The notes: generated by a model not told the origin, from the sequence alone. A DNA stretch of 64,000 nucleotides from Ranitomeya imitator (GCF_032444005.1 NC_091290.1:57722001-57786000), one strand, 5' to 3'; shown: positions 19,243 to 32,903, counted from the first letter of the stretch. Made by a program: numbers and translations.

Positions 19243-19769
19243 AGGTACCGTCACACATAACGATATCGTTGCTTTTTGTGACGTAGCAACGATATCGTTA
19301 ACGAAATCGTTATGTGTGACAGCGACCAACGATCAGGCCCCTGCTGGGAGATCGTTGGTCGCTGGAGAATGATCAGGACTTTATTTTATAGTCGCTGGAT
19401 TACCCGCTGTCATCGCTGAATCGGCGTGTGTGATGCCGTAAAGCAAAGCACAGCGGTGACGTCACCGCTCTGCTTTCCGGCAAGCGCTTACACAGAGCAG
19501 GGAAGCTGAGGCTGAGGGACGCGACAGGAATGTAAGTATGTAGTGGGGTTTTTTTTACATTTACAATGGTAAGAAGGGTAAACATCGGGTTACTAAGCGC
19601 GGCCCTGCGCTTAGTAACCTGATATTTACCCTGGTTACCCGGGGACTTCGGCATCGTTGGTCGCTGGACAGCTGTCTGTGTGACAGGTCTCCAGCGACCA
19701 AACAGCGACGCTGCAGTGATCGGCATCGTTGTCTATATTGCTGCAGCGTCGCTTAATGTGACGGTACCT
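19243..19769. mobile_element. PIF/Harbinger-type MITE
   Basis: TIR aggtaccgtcaca / tgtgacggtacct, TAA on both flanks. Confidence 0.8.
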
Positions 19770-20195
19770 TAAAAAGGACACTATAATGTCTGATGTCTGC
19801 TTAGGACTGGCTGTTGTCCAAAGGATTAAAACCAGAGTGCTTATTTAACCCTTACAACTCTTCCCCCAATGTAATGCAACATTTATAGGAACCTGTTTTG
19901 TGTTGTTTACTGGTAATCTGGCGCTCAAGTCAGAAATTAATTTTTTCTCAAATTGTAAAAGTCTTTATGGAGTGGTAGATCTCACCCATTTTAGTAAAGT
20001 GTATCACTACCTTAAAGAAGCACTCTTCCCATAACAATGTTTATCCTCTTAATATATTGCAGTCAAAGGGATAATGGAAGGGAAAGTAACCATTAGGGAA
20101 GTGGGGAGTGGAGACCCCTAGACAGATCTAACGTCACCCTGTTTGTCCTATCGTCCCTATATAGGTTCCGCACCTATCGCCGAGCAGGATACATA

Positions 20196-21806
20196 CAGGT
20201 CCTTCTCAAAAAATTAGCATATAGTGTTAAATTTCATTATTTACCATAATGTAATGATTACAATTAAACTTTCATATATTATAGATTCATTATCCACCAA
20301 CTGAAATTTGTCAGGTCTTTTATTGTTTTAATACTGATGATTTTGGCATACAACTCCTGATAACCCAAAAAACCTGTCTCAATAAATTAGCATATTTCAC
20401 CCATCCAATCAAATAAAAGTGTTTTTTAATAACAAACAAAAAAACCATCAAATAATAATGTTCAGTTATGCACTCAATACTTGGTCGGGAATCCTTTGGC
20501 AGAAATGACTGCTTCAATGCGGCGTGGCATGGAGGTAATCAGCCTGTGACACTGCTGAGATGTTATGGAGGCCCAGGATGCTTCAATAGCGGCCTTAAGC
20601 TCATCCAGAGTGTTGGGTCTTGCGTCTCTCAACTTTCTCTTCACAATATCCCACAGATTCTCTATGGGGTTCAGGTCAGGAGAGTTGGCAGGCCAATTGA
20701 GCACAGTAATACCATGGTCAGTAAACCATTTACCAGTGGTTTTGGCACTGTGAGCAGGTGCCAGGTCGTGCTGAAAAATGAAATCTTCATCTCCATAAAG
20801 CATTTCAGCCGATGGAAGCATGAAGTGCTCCAAAATCTCCTGATAGCTAGCTGCATTGACCCTGCCCTTGATGAAACACAGTAGACCAACACCAGCAGCT
20901 GACATGGCACCCCACACCATCACTGACTGTGGGTACTTGACACTGGACTTCAGGCATTTTGGCATTTCCTTCTCCCCAGTCTTCCTCCAGACTCTGGCAC
21001 CTTGATTTCCGAATGACATGCAAAATTTGCTTTCATCAGAAAAAAGTACTTGGGACCACTTAGCAACAGTCCAGTGCTGCTTCTCTGTAGCCCAGGTCAG
21101 GCGCCTCTGCCGCTGTTTATGGTTCAAAAGTGGCTTTACCTGGGGAATGCGGCACCTGTAGCCCATTTCCTGCACACGCCTGTGCACGGTGGCTCTGGAT
21201 GTTTCCACACCAGACTCAGTCCACTGCTTCCTCAGGTTCCCCAAGGTCTGGAATCGGTCCTTCTCCACAATCTTCCTCAGGGTCCGGTCTCCTCTTCTCG
21301 TTGTACAGCGTTTTCTGCCACATTGTTTCCTTCCAACAGACTTACCATTGAGGTGCCTTGATACAGCACTCTGGGAACAGCCTATTTGTTGAGAAATTTC
21401 TTTCTGGGTCTTACCCTCTTGCTTGAGGGTGTCAATGATGGCCTTCTTGACATCTGTCAGGTCGCTAGTCTTACCCATGATGGGGGTTTTGAGTAATGAA
21501 CCAGGCAGGGAGTTTATAAAAGCCTCAGGTATCTTTTGCATGTGTTTAGAGTTAATTAGTTGATTCAGAAGATTAGGGTAATAGGTCGTTTAGAGAACCT
21601 TTTCTTGATATGCTAATTTATTGAGACAGGTTTTTTGGGTTATCAGAGTTGTATGCCAAAATCATCAGTATTAAAACAATAAAAGACCTGACAAATTTCA
21701 GTTGGTGGATAATGAATCTATAATATATGAAAGTTTAATTGTAATCATTACATTATGGTAAATAATGAAATTTAACACTATATGCTAATTTTTTGAGAAG
21801 GACCTG
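20196..21806 (-). mobile_element. Full-length Tc1 (IR/DR-type) DNA transposon, 1611 bp
   Basis: ~200-bp TIRs (20196-20395 / 21608-21806) each with aaattagcatat at both ends; TA TSD (20194-20195 / 21807-21808); uninterrupted transposase. Confidence 0.95.
20474..21478 (-). CDS. Tc1 transposase, 334 aa from MGKTSDL, DD34E triad
   Basis: HTH region (IIDTLKQEGKTQKEISQQIGCSQSAVSR), FSDESKF, FQHDLAPAH, 34 residues, then NSPDLNPIE. Confidence 0.93.
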   Translation of the reverse strand: MGKTSDLTDVKKAIIDTLKQEGKTQKEISQQIGCSQSAVSRHLNGKSVGRKQCGRKRCTTRRGDRTLRKIVEKDRFQTLGNLRKQWTESGVETSRATVHRRVQEMGYRCRIPQVKPLLNHKQRQRRLTWATEKQHWTVAKWSQVLFSDESKFCMSFGNQGARVWRKTGEKEMPKCLKSSVKYPQSVMVWGAMSAAGVGLLCFIKGRVNAASYQEILEHFMLPSAEMLYGDEDFIFQHDLAPAHSAKTTGKWFTDHGITVLNWPANSPDLNPIENLWDIVKRKLRDARPNTLDELKAAIEASWASITSQQCHRLITSMPRRIEAVISAKGFPTKY

Positions 21807-22499
21807 TAATCCCTGCCTGACCCTGGCGATAATCCCTTCATCGGCGGGAAGGACAGGATGAGCACTAGTCCATCCTCACTACCGCTAAAGACAACTGGGA
21901 TAGACATATGAAACATGGGAATACTTAGCTTGAGAAGACTCAGGGAGAAACACCAACGTCCTCCAAACTCCAAAAAGGACAATAGCCGACTGCTACAGCT
22001 ACAAGCCTCAACAGTGAAATGGAAATAACACCCACAACTCCCAACAGAAAGTTAGGAGTTATAAACATCCAGATCCAGTTGACACCAATAAGGCCGGGGA
22101 GGTGGCCACTAGTCAGCGAGGCCAACCACTGAGACCTTCTGCAGCCAGATGCAATGCGACTGTCTGCAGCCTCTGACACACCCATGACATTTCCATTAGG
22201 TCTATGGCATAATGTTATTGAAAAAAGACTAGGGAGTCTCTTTTCTCTGCATGAGTCATCATTAGAACCACAATTCTACATCACTGCAAAGTCCCTGGCA
22301 GCGGGGAGGAGCAGATCAGCTGGTTTGGAGTTGAAGAGAGGAATGATAAATGCAGGGACAAATGACTTCCTGGTTCTACATAGAGCAGAGAAAAGAGAAG
22401 ATAGAAAGGATAAAAGAGCAATTGTAAGTAGACGGTGCTATATAAAATGATTGGAATATACAAAGAGGATACAAACTTTGATGAGAGGGCTTCTCTAAA

Positions 22500-23700
22500 A
22501 CCTATTGATAAGTTCACATTTTGTTTTTGCCCTACGTTTAGCGTGTTCTCCATGAAAGTTCCCATTTGGCATCTGTCACCATGTTGGTGACAGATGCCAC
22601 TCTAAATGGCCTTATAATAAAGTTGGGAGCCCCAATGGCGGGGATGAAACACAGTTGCTTTCCCAAATCAATTGGGAGATTCCGAAGCATGGCCACCAAA
22701 AACTTCTTCCCATTAGGCACAGGTTATGTGGAACAGAGGACTTGGCTACATCTTTTACCATGGCATTGATACTGCAAAAACCCAGTCTCCTGGGGATGCC
22801 ATGGAAGGTTAGGTGGTAATGGTCAGCAGATGGACATTTATGTCACTGGAGTTTCACAAAATATGTATCCCAATTTGTTCCCTTACTTTCGGACAACTTT
22901 TTTGTCCTTTTGAGTGACTTCTTGTCAATACAACAGAAAAATGTTACTTTAACATATACCAGCTAAACATATTCCAAACGTCAAACTTTTGGATAGAGCA
23001 GATCTCATGGGCAAACGGGGAGTATGCGGTTGTCAAAAAATATGTCCAAAAATTAAGTGAACAGAGCATAAGCCATACCTAATATGCACATCTACATATG
23101 TTCTTCACGATCGAGGCATTGGCCAAAGTCATGGATCAGTTCAAGAGCACAGTCTTGGAGATGTTGTAATGATCCCAACTGAGTCCATACCGTGATACCT
23201 GAAATCCCATGGGAAGATCTACTGGTATTGACCTACTAAAAATAACTAGAAAGCAAGCTACATATTTTAGGATAAGTTACATATAGTCAAAGGGGAGTGT
23301 CCCTAAACGTTCTGTCACTTTCTGCCCTGACTGGAGAATATTAGCCGGTGTGGAGACATCCCTGCAATTGTTAACATCCAGCAGAGAAACAGCACAGTCT
23401 AAGATCATACAGACGTCTGTGAAGCTTGCTCCAAACACGGACCTCAATGCATGGACTGTCCATCGGTCTCCCAACCCGAACTCAACATGCTCATATACTG
23501 TATAGCTATTATGCTGCCAAGCGTGGGTTGGAAGACCTTAGATGGTCTATGCATTCTGGTGTTTGGACCAAGTTTCATGGACGTCTGCATGATCTCTTCG
23601 ACTGTGCCATCCCACCGGGGCATTGAGAAGCCACTGAGGACCAGACTTTTGGACCAATCATACAAGATGGATAAATTTGTGAAGAACGTGTGTCATTTGG
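22500..23700 (-). mobile_element. Highly degenerate retroviral-like integrase (and possibly env) remnant
   Basis: Minus-strand fragments PFDYM and SRYGLS resemble the integrase core (PF..LQ.D / PRYGLP); many stops and frameshifts. Confidence 0.35.
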
Positions 23701-24501
23701 ATTAATTTGGCACAAAAATACAGAAGCGAATACTACAAAACAAAAAAGAAAAGCGACATGAAAAAAACTCTGTAAATCATGAATTGTCTCTGAAACACTG
23801 CACTGTTTTCAACCTATTTAGATAGGAAATTGGTATTCGAGGGAGGACATTTATTTACAGCCCGGAGCTGCCTCTTCTCATCACTAAATACCGCTTACAG
23901 AACGTACAAAGCTGCGTGACTTGATAAAATTATACCAAGATATTTTTGCCTCTATCTAAGGTCACACAGACATATTTTATGAATTCCTCATGTATTTCCT
24001 CCCTCTCCGACCTCTACCCTTTTCTTAATTTTTATATTTATCTGGAAATCACTCCCCCTTCATTAAAGAAAAGTATAGAGCAAGGGACACCGGGAGCTAT
24101 AAATTAGAAGTTTGCATTGCCAGATGTACAGATATGTCCAGAAAGTAATAAATATGTCTGCTATATGCCCGAGTGTAAGGTGACGCTTGTATCATGCAGG
24201 AAAATATATTCTTATTGTGATGCTTGGGGATATGTAAGAGTTCCTGTGTCATTTATTTTTCATCGTGAATTTTGTCATTGTGTCTTATTTATTTATTTTT
24301 TCCTGTTCTTGTCTCACGACAAGCAGCCTGTTTCAACTTTACATTTGTGCAGATACCTATTATGTCTAGGTTTTTTTTTACTGTGCATTCAATATAATGT
24401 ATTTTTTCCCATTTTTTTCTCCATTATATTGCATTTTTCATGTTCTTTTTTTTACTTATTATGTTTTTTTATTTTATTTTTTGTTTACATATTATATATT
24501 T

Positions 24502-24550
<49 letters not shown>

Positions 24551-24632
24551 ATATAGATAGATAGATATTACATTTCTTTTACATATGGTGCTTATTTTGT
24601 TTTTCTGGCATAAGCATTGTAAAAAGAATTCA

Positions 24633-24762
24633 NNNNNNNNNNNNNNNNNNNNNNNNNNNNNNNNNNNNNNNNNNNNNNNNNNNNNNNNNNNNNNNNNNNN
24701 NNNNNNNNNNNNNNNNNNNNNNNNNNNNNNNNNNNNNNNNNNNNNNNNNNNNNNNNNNNNNN
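24633..24762. other. Assembly gap (130 N)
   Basis: Run of N. Confidence 1.
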
Positions 24763-25245
24763 TTTGGACACACCTTCTCATTTCAAGATTTTTCTGTATT
24801 TTCATGACTATGAAAATTGTACATTCACACTGAAGGCATCAAAACTATGAATTAACACATGTGGAATTATATACTTAACAAACAAGTGTGAAACAACTGA
24901 AAATATGTCTTATATTCTAGGTTCTTCAAAGTAGCCACCTTTTGCTTTGATGACTGCTTTGCACACTCTTGGCATTCTCTTGATGAGCTTCAAGAGGTAG
25001 TCACCAGGAATGGTCTTACAACAATCTTGAAGGAGTTCCCAGAGATGCTTAGCACTTGTTGGCCCTTTTGCCTTCACTCTGCGGTCCAGCTCACCCCAAA
25101 CCATCTCGATTGGGTTCAGGTCTGGTGACTGTGGAGGCCAGGTCATTTGGCGTAGCACCCCATCACTCTCCTTCTTGGTCAAATAGCCCATACACAGCCT
25201 GGAGGTGTGTTTGGGGTCATTGTCCTGTTGAAAAATAAATGATGA
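24763..25245 (-). mobile_element. Tc1 transposase C-terminal fragment, end cut by the gap
   Basis: WPPQSPDLNPIEMVWGELDRRVK...MPRVCKAVIKAKGGYF. Confidence 0.88.
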
Positions 25246-25264
25246 TCATTATACAGTGTATATA

Positions 25265-25342
<78 letters not shown>

Positions 25343-25714
25343 AGCGAAAATTGTATTGAAAAATATTCATTTAAAATGCTTATTATAATATTTACAATAT
25401 TTGCTTAATATTTATTAAAATATAATTTCTTTTTAGTACATTTTACAAGTTTTTCTAAAAACTATATATATATGAAATATATATTTATATTGTAAAGTGG
25501 CAGCTAGACAAGACTTGGACAGGAGGTATGTGTCGGGGAGATGCCAAGCCTTGATGATGAAGGACTCAGAGAAGCAAGCTCCGGCACATATAGTGCTGAG
25601 AGGTGCTTTTTTATGGGTCTGGATTTTGGGTCCAGGTTTTAGGAGCGGCCATAGAGCTGGATGGGTCTGGCTGTTCCTTTACCTTCTGATCCAGGTTTGG
25701 AACAGACTACATAA

Positions 25715-26688
25715 GGCCTGTCCCACATGTCCAGATAATTTCGGTACCGGAAAAATCGGTACCGGAATTATGCATGTCCGTGTGCTTACGTAGCACATCA
25801 GTGTGGCACACGCGCGGCAGCCGTATGCTGCCCGTGTGCCGACTGGGGACCACACGGACCGTGCAGGAGACAGCTCTACAGTTAAGCGCTTTCCCCTGCG
25901 TGCTTTGCTGAAGCCGGTATTCATCCATTCTTCCCAGCAGCGTTCGCTGGAGAGAAGGAATGAATAATCTTTTTTTTTTTCTTTCCCCTTAAAAATAAAG
26001 TTTGCGCGTCCCCTCCCACCTCCCATCCCCTCCCGCTCCCCCCTCCCCCCGCGTGGCAGGAAATACTCACCGACACCCAGCTCTAGCGATGTCTCCTCTC
26101 AGCGCCGGCAGCAGGCCCTGTGTGAGCAGTCACGTGGTCCCGCTCATTACAGTGAGGAATATGCGCATATTCCTCACTGTAATGAGCGGAACCACGTGAC
26201 CGCTCACACAGCACAGGCTGCAGCCGCTGAGAGGAGACATCGCTGGAGCTGGGTGGTGGTGAGTATTTCCTGCCAAGCGGGGGGGGGGGGAGCACAGGGG
26301 ATGGGAGGTGGGAGGGGACGCGCAAACTTTATTTTTAAGGGGAAAGAAAAAAAAAAAAGATTATTCATTCCTTCTCTCCAGCGAACGCTGCTGGGAAGAA
26401 GGGATGAATTCCGGCTTCAGCACCACACACGGGGGGGACAGCGCTTACAGTAGCGCTGTCTCCTGCACGGCACACGGACTGCACACGGACAGCATCCGTG
26501 TGCGGTACGTGTTTTACACGGACCCATTGACTTGTCTCCGTGTTTTTCAAACGGACACACGGTCCGTGAAAACACGCTGACATGTGCAGAGACACATTGA
26601 TTTCAAAGTGTCTAAGTGAGTCAGTGTCTCAGGTACGTGAGGAAACTGTCACCACACATACCGGAGCCACTGACGTGTGAAACCGGCC
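25715..26688. mobile_element. Foldback PIF/Harbinger-type MITE
   Basis: GGCC...GGCC ends with TAA flanks; long internal inverted repeat centred on ctcattacagtgaggaatatgcgcatattcctcactgtaatgag (~26143-26186). Confidence 0.75.
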
Positions 26689-27291
26689 TAAAGCAGTTCA
26701 GCTGCCTCATTCAGGGTCTGGGACTAGAGTGGTGTTAGTCAGATCCTGGCATGCTGTGAGTGTGTATAAAGGGGTGAGCCTGTACATCTAAATAGTTTTT
26801 TTTACTTTTATGTCATCCCTTTGAGCCAGAAAAGGCTGTGCTTTTTTTATTAACCTAGATGGTTTATGGACATTTAATAAACCGCTCATTTGTTTTGAAC
26901 CAAAGTACTGGATCCTTGTGTGTGCACGAGCGTCTATCAGAGAACTCATCGCTTACAAATATAATATGTAAAATGTATAATACAATATAAATAAAATATA
27001 AAATAAATAAATTTATTTTTTACACTACTATACTGCACAGAAAACCAAAAATCATATGATTGCCTGGTCCAAAGGAGCATCCGCTTTACCATACCTCCCA
27101 ACTTTTGAAGAACAGAGATGGCGATAGAATATGCGGACATGCCCCAATCCACGCCCATTTACCATTTCTTTCTCCCCTGACAGGAGGAGTTGTCAGAGGG
27201 GCGCTGGCAGTGAGGGACATTCAGCAGACACCCGAGACTAGAGGGCGTAGACCCAAATCCAGGACTGTCCGGTGTACCCAGAACAGATGGG

Positions 27292-27454
27292 ACTAGAGAT
27301 GAGCGGATGGATTCCCGGGTCTCTGGTCCAGGTCTGTGGTACCTGGCGGCTGTACGGGAGGCCGTGAATCTCTTACCTTCCAGGGTCCCCGGCGCAGCTT
27401 ATGATGAGTCCGGGCAGCGTGGCGGCGTCATCTGTGCGTCCGGCTCATCTCTAG
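27292..27454. mobile_element. Small MITE
   Basis: TIR ctagagatgagc / gctcatctctag. Confidence 0.6.
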
Positions 27455-28264
27455 TTGGGACCTGAGGATTATTGTCTGTTCCTTCTTTCACAATCGGAGC
27501 CGCCAGAAATTTCTCATCACTATACGACATCCAGCTTCTGGCGTCTGTACGGCCGTGTTCACACGCTGCAGAAATACTGTGTTTTCTGCAGATATTCGCA
27601 CCAGACTACACAATAACAATCTTCTCCCCCTTACTTGATGTGTTTCTGGTGCAGATGTGAAGCCGCGTTTTTAATGTGTTTTTTATAATCCAGAAAAGCT
27701 TTGATTGTGCACTTAATAAAGTATCTGCAGTTTTTACATGCATTTTTTAGGCTCCAGAGAAAAAAAAGCACCAAAACCGCATAGTACAGTAGCAAAGGAC
27801 ACAAGAGAAAAAGTAAAGGTCATACAAATGGGGATCACCACAACAAGGATTTAGCTAGGATATATACAATTTTTATTAGTACACCACAGTACACATGAAA
27901 ACAGGTAATAAAGTGAACACACACTTAAAAACAAATTAAAAAAGGTAATACCTATGTGTACATCACCCCAAAAAAATACACACAGTTCAATAAAACAAGC
28001 TTTTTTTGGGGGGTGATGTCCACATAGGTATTGCCTCATTAGGTATTGATCTATGGTCTATGGCACAGGTGTTAGCCCTATTTCGGCTGACCTTTACTTT
28101 TTCTCTTGTGTCCTTTGGTTATGCATATGCTATAGGTCAGGGTGATCCCACTCTATAAGCCGTGGTGCCCCCTCAACATATATATTCAAAGCCTAGTACA
28201 GTAGCGTCTTTAGACCACGGAGGGCGCAGTTTTCATGAAATCACATCCACTTTGCTTGGACAGT

Positions 28265-29580
28265 TAGGGTATGTTCACACGTTCCTGATTTCCATCCTTT
28301 TTTTTTCAGGACTGTTTTTTAAAAAACTGCAGCTCTTGGCAGAAAACGCAGGTCCTTTTTTTGGTCCTTTTTTGGTCCTTTTTTGATGCAGTTTTCTAGC
28401 CAGAGTCTGTGTGTTTTCTAGGAATTTTTTTAGGGTTAAAATGGCTGAAAATACCCTAACCCTACCCCTAACCCTAACCCTATTCTAACCTTAGTGAAAA
28501 AAAAAAAAAAAAATTCTTTATTTTTTTATTGTCCCTACCTATGGGGGTGACAAAGGGGGGGGGGTCATTTACTATTTTTTTTATTTTGATCACTGAGATA
28601 GGTTATATCTCAGTGATCAAAATGCACTTTGTAACGAATCTGCCGGCCGGCAGATTCGGCGGGCGCACTGCGCATGCGCCCGCCATTTTGCAAGATGGCG
28701 GCGCCCAGGGAGAAGACGACCGGACGGACAACGGGACCGGGTAAGTATAAGGGGGGGAGATGGGGGCACGTGGGGGGGGTCGGAGCACGGGGGGGTGGCA
28801 TCGGAGCATGGGGGGGGGGATTGGGGCACGGGGGGGCAGCCACACTGCAGCGGTTCTGCACCACAAACCGCAGTAAAACCCGCAGATATTTTTTTCATCT
28901 GCGGGTTTTACTGCGGCTTTCACCTCACAATGGAGGTCTATGGGTGCAGAACCGCTGCTGTTTTACAAAAAGAAGTGACATGGTACTTCTTTTTTACCGC
29001 AGCTAATCAGTGCGGTTTTTTTTTTTTCAATTCAGGACCATGTGCACAGTGGGTCCTGTTTTCCATAGGGTACAGTGTACTGTACCCTGCATGGAAAACA
29101 GCCGCGGAACCGCAGCGGCAAAACCGCTGCGTTTCCGCGGTAAAAAACGCACTGTGTGAACATGGCCTTAAACAGCAGAATTTTTGTGCAGAAAATACGC
29201 AGCATTTACACTACATGTGAACACGGTCTAAATTTCCAAGGAAAGTGGATCTGATCCCATGAAAGCTCCTCTCTGTGGCTTGAAGACGCTGCTGAACTTT
29301 GCTGTTTTGGTGCATTTTTTTCCTGTAGACCTCTCCTAAAAAAAAAAAAAACAACAAAAAAAACGCTGTTACATTTTGAAGGTCAGAATCAAAGCTTTTC
29401 TTTACTGTCAAAAAAGCGTAAAAAATATATCTGCCCCAAAATTGCATCACATATGTGGGAAAATGCATAAAATAAACGCAATAATCGGATAAAATTGTTC
29501 TTACGTTGCCTGGTGCGGTCACCTGCAGAAAAAAGCAGCACAAAGAACGCAGCATTTACGCTACGTGCGATCACGGCCTC
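28265..29580. mobile_element. Cluster of nested MITE fragments, including a short (CCCTAA)n-like tract
   Basis: gggtatgttcacacg / ggccgtg-type termini; ccctaaccctacccctaaccctaacccta at ~28454-28482; GC-rich palindromic core at 28600-28700. Confidence 0.5.
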
Positions 29581-29975
29581 CGCTTTACAGTTTTATTAAT
29601 TTTTTTTATGTGTTTATTGGTGAAAAAATATCAGTCTCGCCATTTTTTTTACACCCTTTACCAATTCCCACAAATAATCTGATCGCTGTGTTTGGATTGT
29701 CATGATTGCAAGGACATCAAATATATCCGTGTTATTTGCCGATTTGTGTTGTTCATTATTTAAAATAAAACCGCATTAAAAATGACATTTCTTTCATCAT
29801 CATGTGTTTTTAATTTTTTAGCAATTTTATAGGATGAAAAAATCTCTTATTCTCCCTCTAGAGGACACATACATAGAAATACCGGGCTGTGTCCAATGCA
29901 TCAGTATAATCTGCCTGTGGAGTCAGAGTCTGCAATGCTGATCAAGTATACATAATTCTCCCCATTATTTCACCA

Positions 29976-30046
29976 GAGCTTGTGGCTCGGTAGCTTGAGC
30001 TCCTGCCTGTAATGTTAAGGTTGTAGGTTTGAGACCTGGGCTCTCC
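29976..30046 (+). mobile_element. Degenerate tRNA-like head, possibly a SINE 5' end
   Basis: tggctcggtag (A-box-like) and ggtttgagacc (B-box-like) at tRNA spacing; cloverleaf imperfect. Confidence 0.3.
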
Positions 30047-30241
30047 ATGCATGGACTGTGACTGCGACACATGCAGCTGCGGTGCTGATCATCGGGAGCG
30101 CTCCAGGTATCTTGGTTCCCAAGGCAGCTTCTTTGGTTAGCGCTCTATAGCTTGTCAAATGAGGAATGAGCCGACTGTTTTCTGATCCCTAGTTTTAACT
30201 AAACACATTGTTCTGTTTGCCTTTTATAGCTAACTGAGTTA

Positions 30242-30650
30242 GGCTACTTTCACACTAGCGTTTTTTCAATACGTCGCAATGCGTCGTTTAGGGGAAAAAC
30301 CGCATCCTGCAAGGTTGTCTGCAGGTTGCGTTTTTGCCCCATAGACTAACATTAGCGACGGATTGACACACGTCGCAACCGTCATGCGACGGTTGCGCCG
30401 TGTTGTGGCGGACCGCCGGGAGCAAAAAACGTTACATGTAACGTTTTTTGCTTCCGACGGTCCGCCATTTCCGACCGCGCATGCGCGGCCGGAACTCCTC
30501 CCCCACCTCCCCGCACCTCACAATGGGGCAGCAGATGCGCTGGAAAAATGCATCCACTGCCCCCGTTGTGCGGCGCATTCACTGCTAGCGTCGGTAACCT
30601 CGGCCCGACGCACTGCGACAGACCGAGCCGACGCTTGTGTGAAAGTAGCC
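30242..30650. mobile_element. PIF/Harbinger-type MITE
   Basis: TIR ggctactttcacac / gtgtgaaagtagcc, TTA TSD on both sides. Confidence 0.85.
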
Positions 30651-32903
30651 TTAACCGTTAACTGAGAATCCGTCAGTGAGTTTGTTATAACTTTCTGATG
30701 GGAAGTTTGTAACTCTTTTACCTCTTTCTTTTTGATCGACAGACCACATCAAAGTTGAATGTGGCGGCGAAACAGATCCTGTAAAAGCAAAACGGTGCAA
30801 CATTTTTAACAAAACCCAACTGCAAAAATAACTATTAGCCTCCAATACATGCATTTAAGTGAGAAAAAAAAAGTTGACAACCCCTATGGTCTCGCTCCTC
30901 AAAGATATTGAATCTTAGAGACCATTTCTTTCATTATGGTACGCTTCCATTTTTGGAGGTGGAAAATATCACTTTTTCTAATTGTGTCTTTCTTCATTGC
31001 AGGGTATATTAGTCACGCAAAAATGGACAGATATACAAAAAATACATTATAATTTTAATGTAAAAAGACCAAGGACAGCGAGGACTATTCTGGACATCTG
31101 AAGGAGACCTTTGAAAAGCCAAAGTAGGAACGATAATATATAGTTCAGCTGTGTATAATTGTGCGTTTTGCTCCTCGCCACCTCTCCCTCGTCACATTTT
31201 CCTTTTAACTGTAGATGAATACGAAGTCGGTAAATGCCAACCTGTCTGGGAATTGCTGCTGTCCTTGACTTTTGTTAATCATACCTTGCCTTTTTTTTTT
31301 TTTGCTGTGGTTTTTAAGGAAGTCCATAGAAATTAAAGTGAACCCGTCATTAGGATGATACCTTTGGTGATGAAATCAGTCTTGTGGTTCTTGTTCAATC
31401 TGTGTTAGAAGTTTTCAGTTAATGAGACTTTCGTGTTTTGGGGTGGAGCCCTCACAGGCTTACAATTTACAATCTTCCATTTAAGCCAGAAGAAACAATC
31501 TCCCATGTCTTTCTTTTAGCTCAGGTAGAACGTTACTGCTGCAGACAATGATTGGCTGCAGCTATCACATGATGTACCCCACCAGAAGAGGTACTCAGGA
31601 GACCGGTGGGGAACACCACCAATAGTTCGCAGGAGCGATGGGAGTTATTCTTAAAATTTGCAGATAGCTTTTTTTTCAGAGAGGAAGAAGACTTGAACCC
31701 TAGTGCCACCTATTCTAAGTACCAACCACAAAAATCAATGTCACTTCTTTAAAGGGCTTCATCACATGACTTAGGATAAAAAGCCAAACCAGAAACTCCA
31801 TTTGCAGGATACGTGTTTCAGGTTATTTGCCCTTCATCAGTGCAAAATAGTAGAGAAGTAGCCTGTATGAGTGAGTGACCTCTGACAGGGGCTCCAAGGG
31901 GTAAAGTTTCTCTTTATGGAGAGTGCCAAGTTGGCTACTTGGCAACCTCTTTGAATCCCTATGTTTACCCCCAGTGAAACCTTCTTTGCCGACCCCATTC
32001 CAGCAGTGCCTCTTCCCAGGATCCCTGCGGCCAATCAGCGTTGACTTCTCCCTTCTCTGTGAACATAACTGACATCCAGAGGAAGTGAAAGAGCAGCAGC
32101 AACCCTCACTTCCCATGGATGTCTTGATTTGTCCAAAGGAGGAAAGAAAGCATAAAGCCAGCGCTGATTGGCTGCAGGGATGGCATGACATAACAATGTC
32201 ACCAGCCCTGGGAGAGCCAGTACTTGCAATGCTGGAACGACACCGGAGGTGAGTATAAATTTTATTATTTTACTGGGTAAAAAATAAGGAATAGGAAGGG
32301 GTTGTCCGAGTAGTGGCCAACCCCTTTAAATTTCCCAGTGGAGCACTGCATGTGACATATTTTTTTAATTGCAGCTGTAAATCCCTTTTAATAAGATTAT
32401 AATTTTACACTGGAATTTTTCTAGTATTTCAGAATGATTCCTAACATATCTTAAGACCTAGATGCTGGGGTACTTAGTATCCGTCTGCTAAACCTCTGTG
32501 CTATGACCTACCATGTTTTTGAAGATATTGACAATGTAGCATTCAGGTGGCGCCATCTAGAGGTCTATATGGAAATTACTACATGGATTCAGAAATTAAG
32601 AAGTAGGTGGCCACATATCAACAGTGATTTGTATCATACTATCAAAAAAGAAAGCATCTTTTTGAAAAGTTTTAGGCAACTGTGGAAAATATGTTGCAGA
32701 ATAAGAAGCTTTCACAAGTGGAAGCGTTAATAGTTTGATTTTGTTAATTGAAAAAATGCAAAGTAAATTAACCAAAGAGACATCTAAATTACATCAATAT
32801 TTGGTGACCAACCAAATCAATTTTTCTAGGTTCACCTGCACACAGTTTTTGATGGAATTAGGCAGGAAGGCAGCCAGTCTACCGCTAGCCACTGGTCTCC
32901 TCA

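Larger units (their letters stand above)
20058..22189. mobile_element. Solo LTR split by the Tc1 insertion
   Basis: Sequences on both sides of the Tc1 join to match the uninterrupted copy at 32904-33455 (...gagcaggatac-taatccctgcctgaccctggc...). Confidence 0.75.

Noticed and set aside
24485-24833. ORFs spanning the N run
   Set aside because: Artefacts of the assembly gap and TA microsatellite.
28454-28493. Interstitial telomeric repeat
   Set aside because: Only a few imperfect CCCTAA units embedded in a MITE cluster; not evidence of a fusion site.
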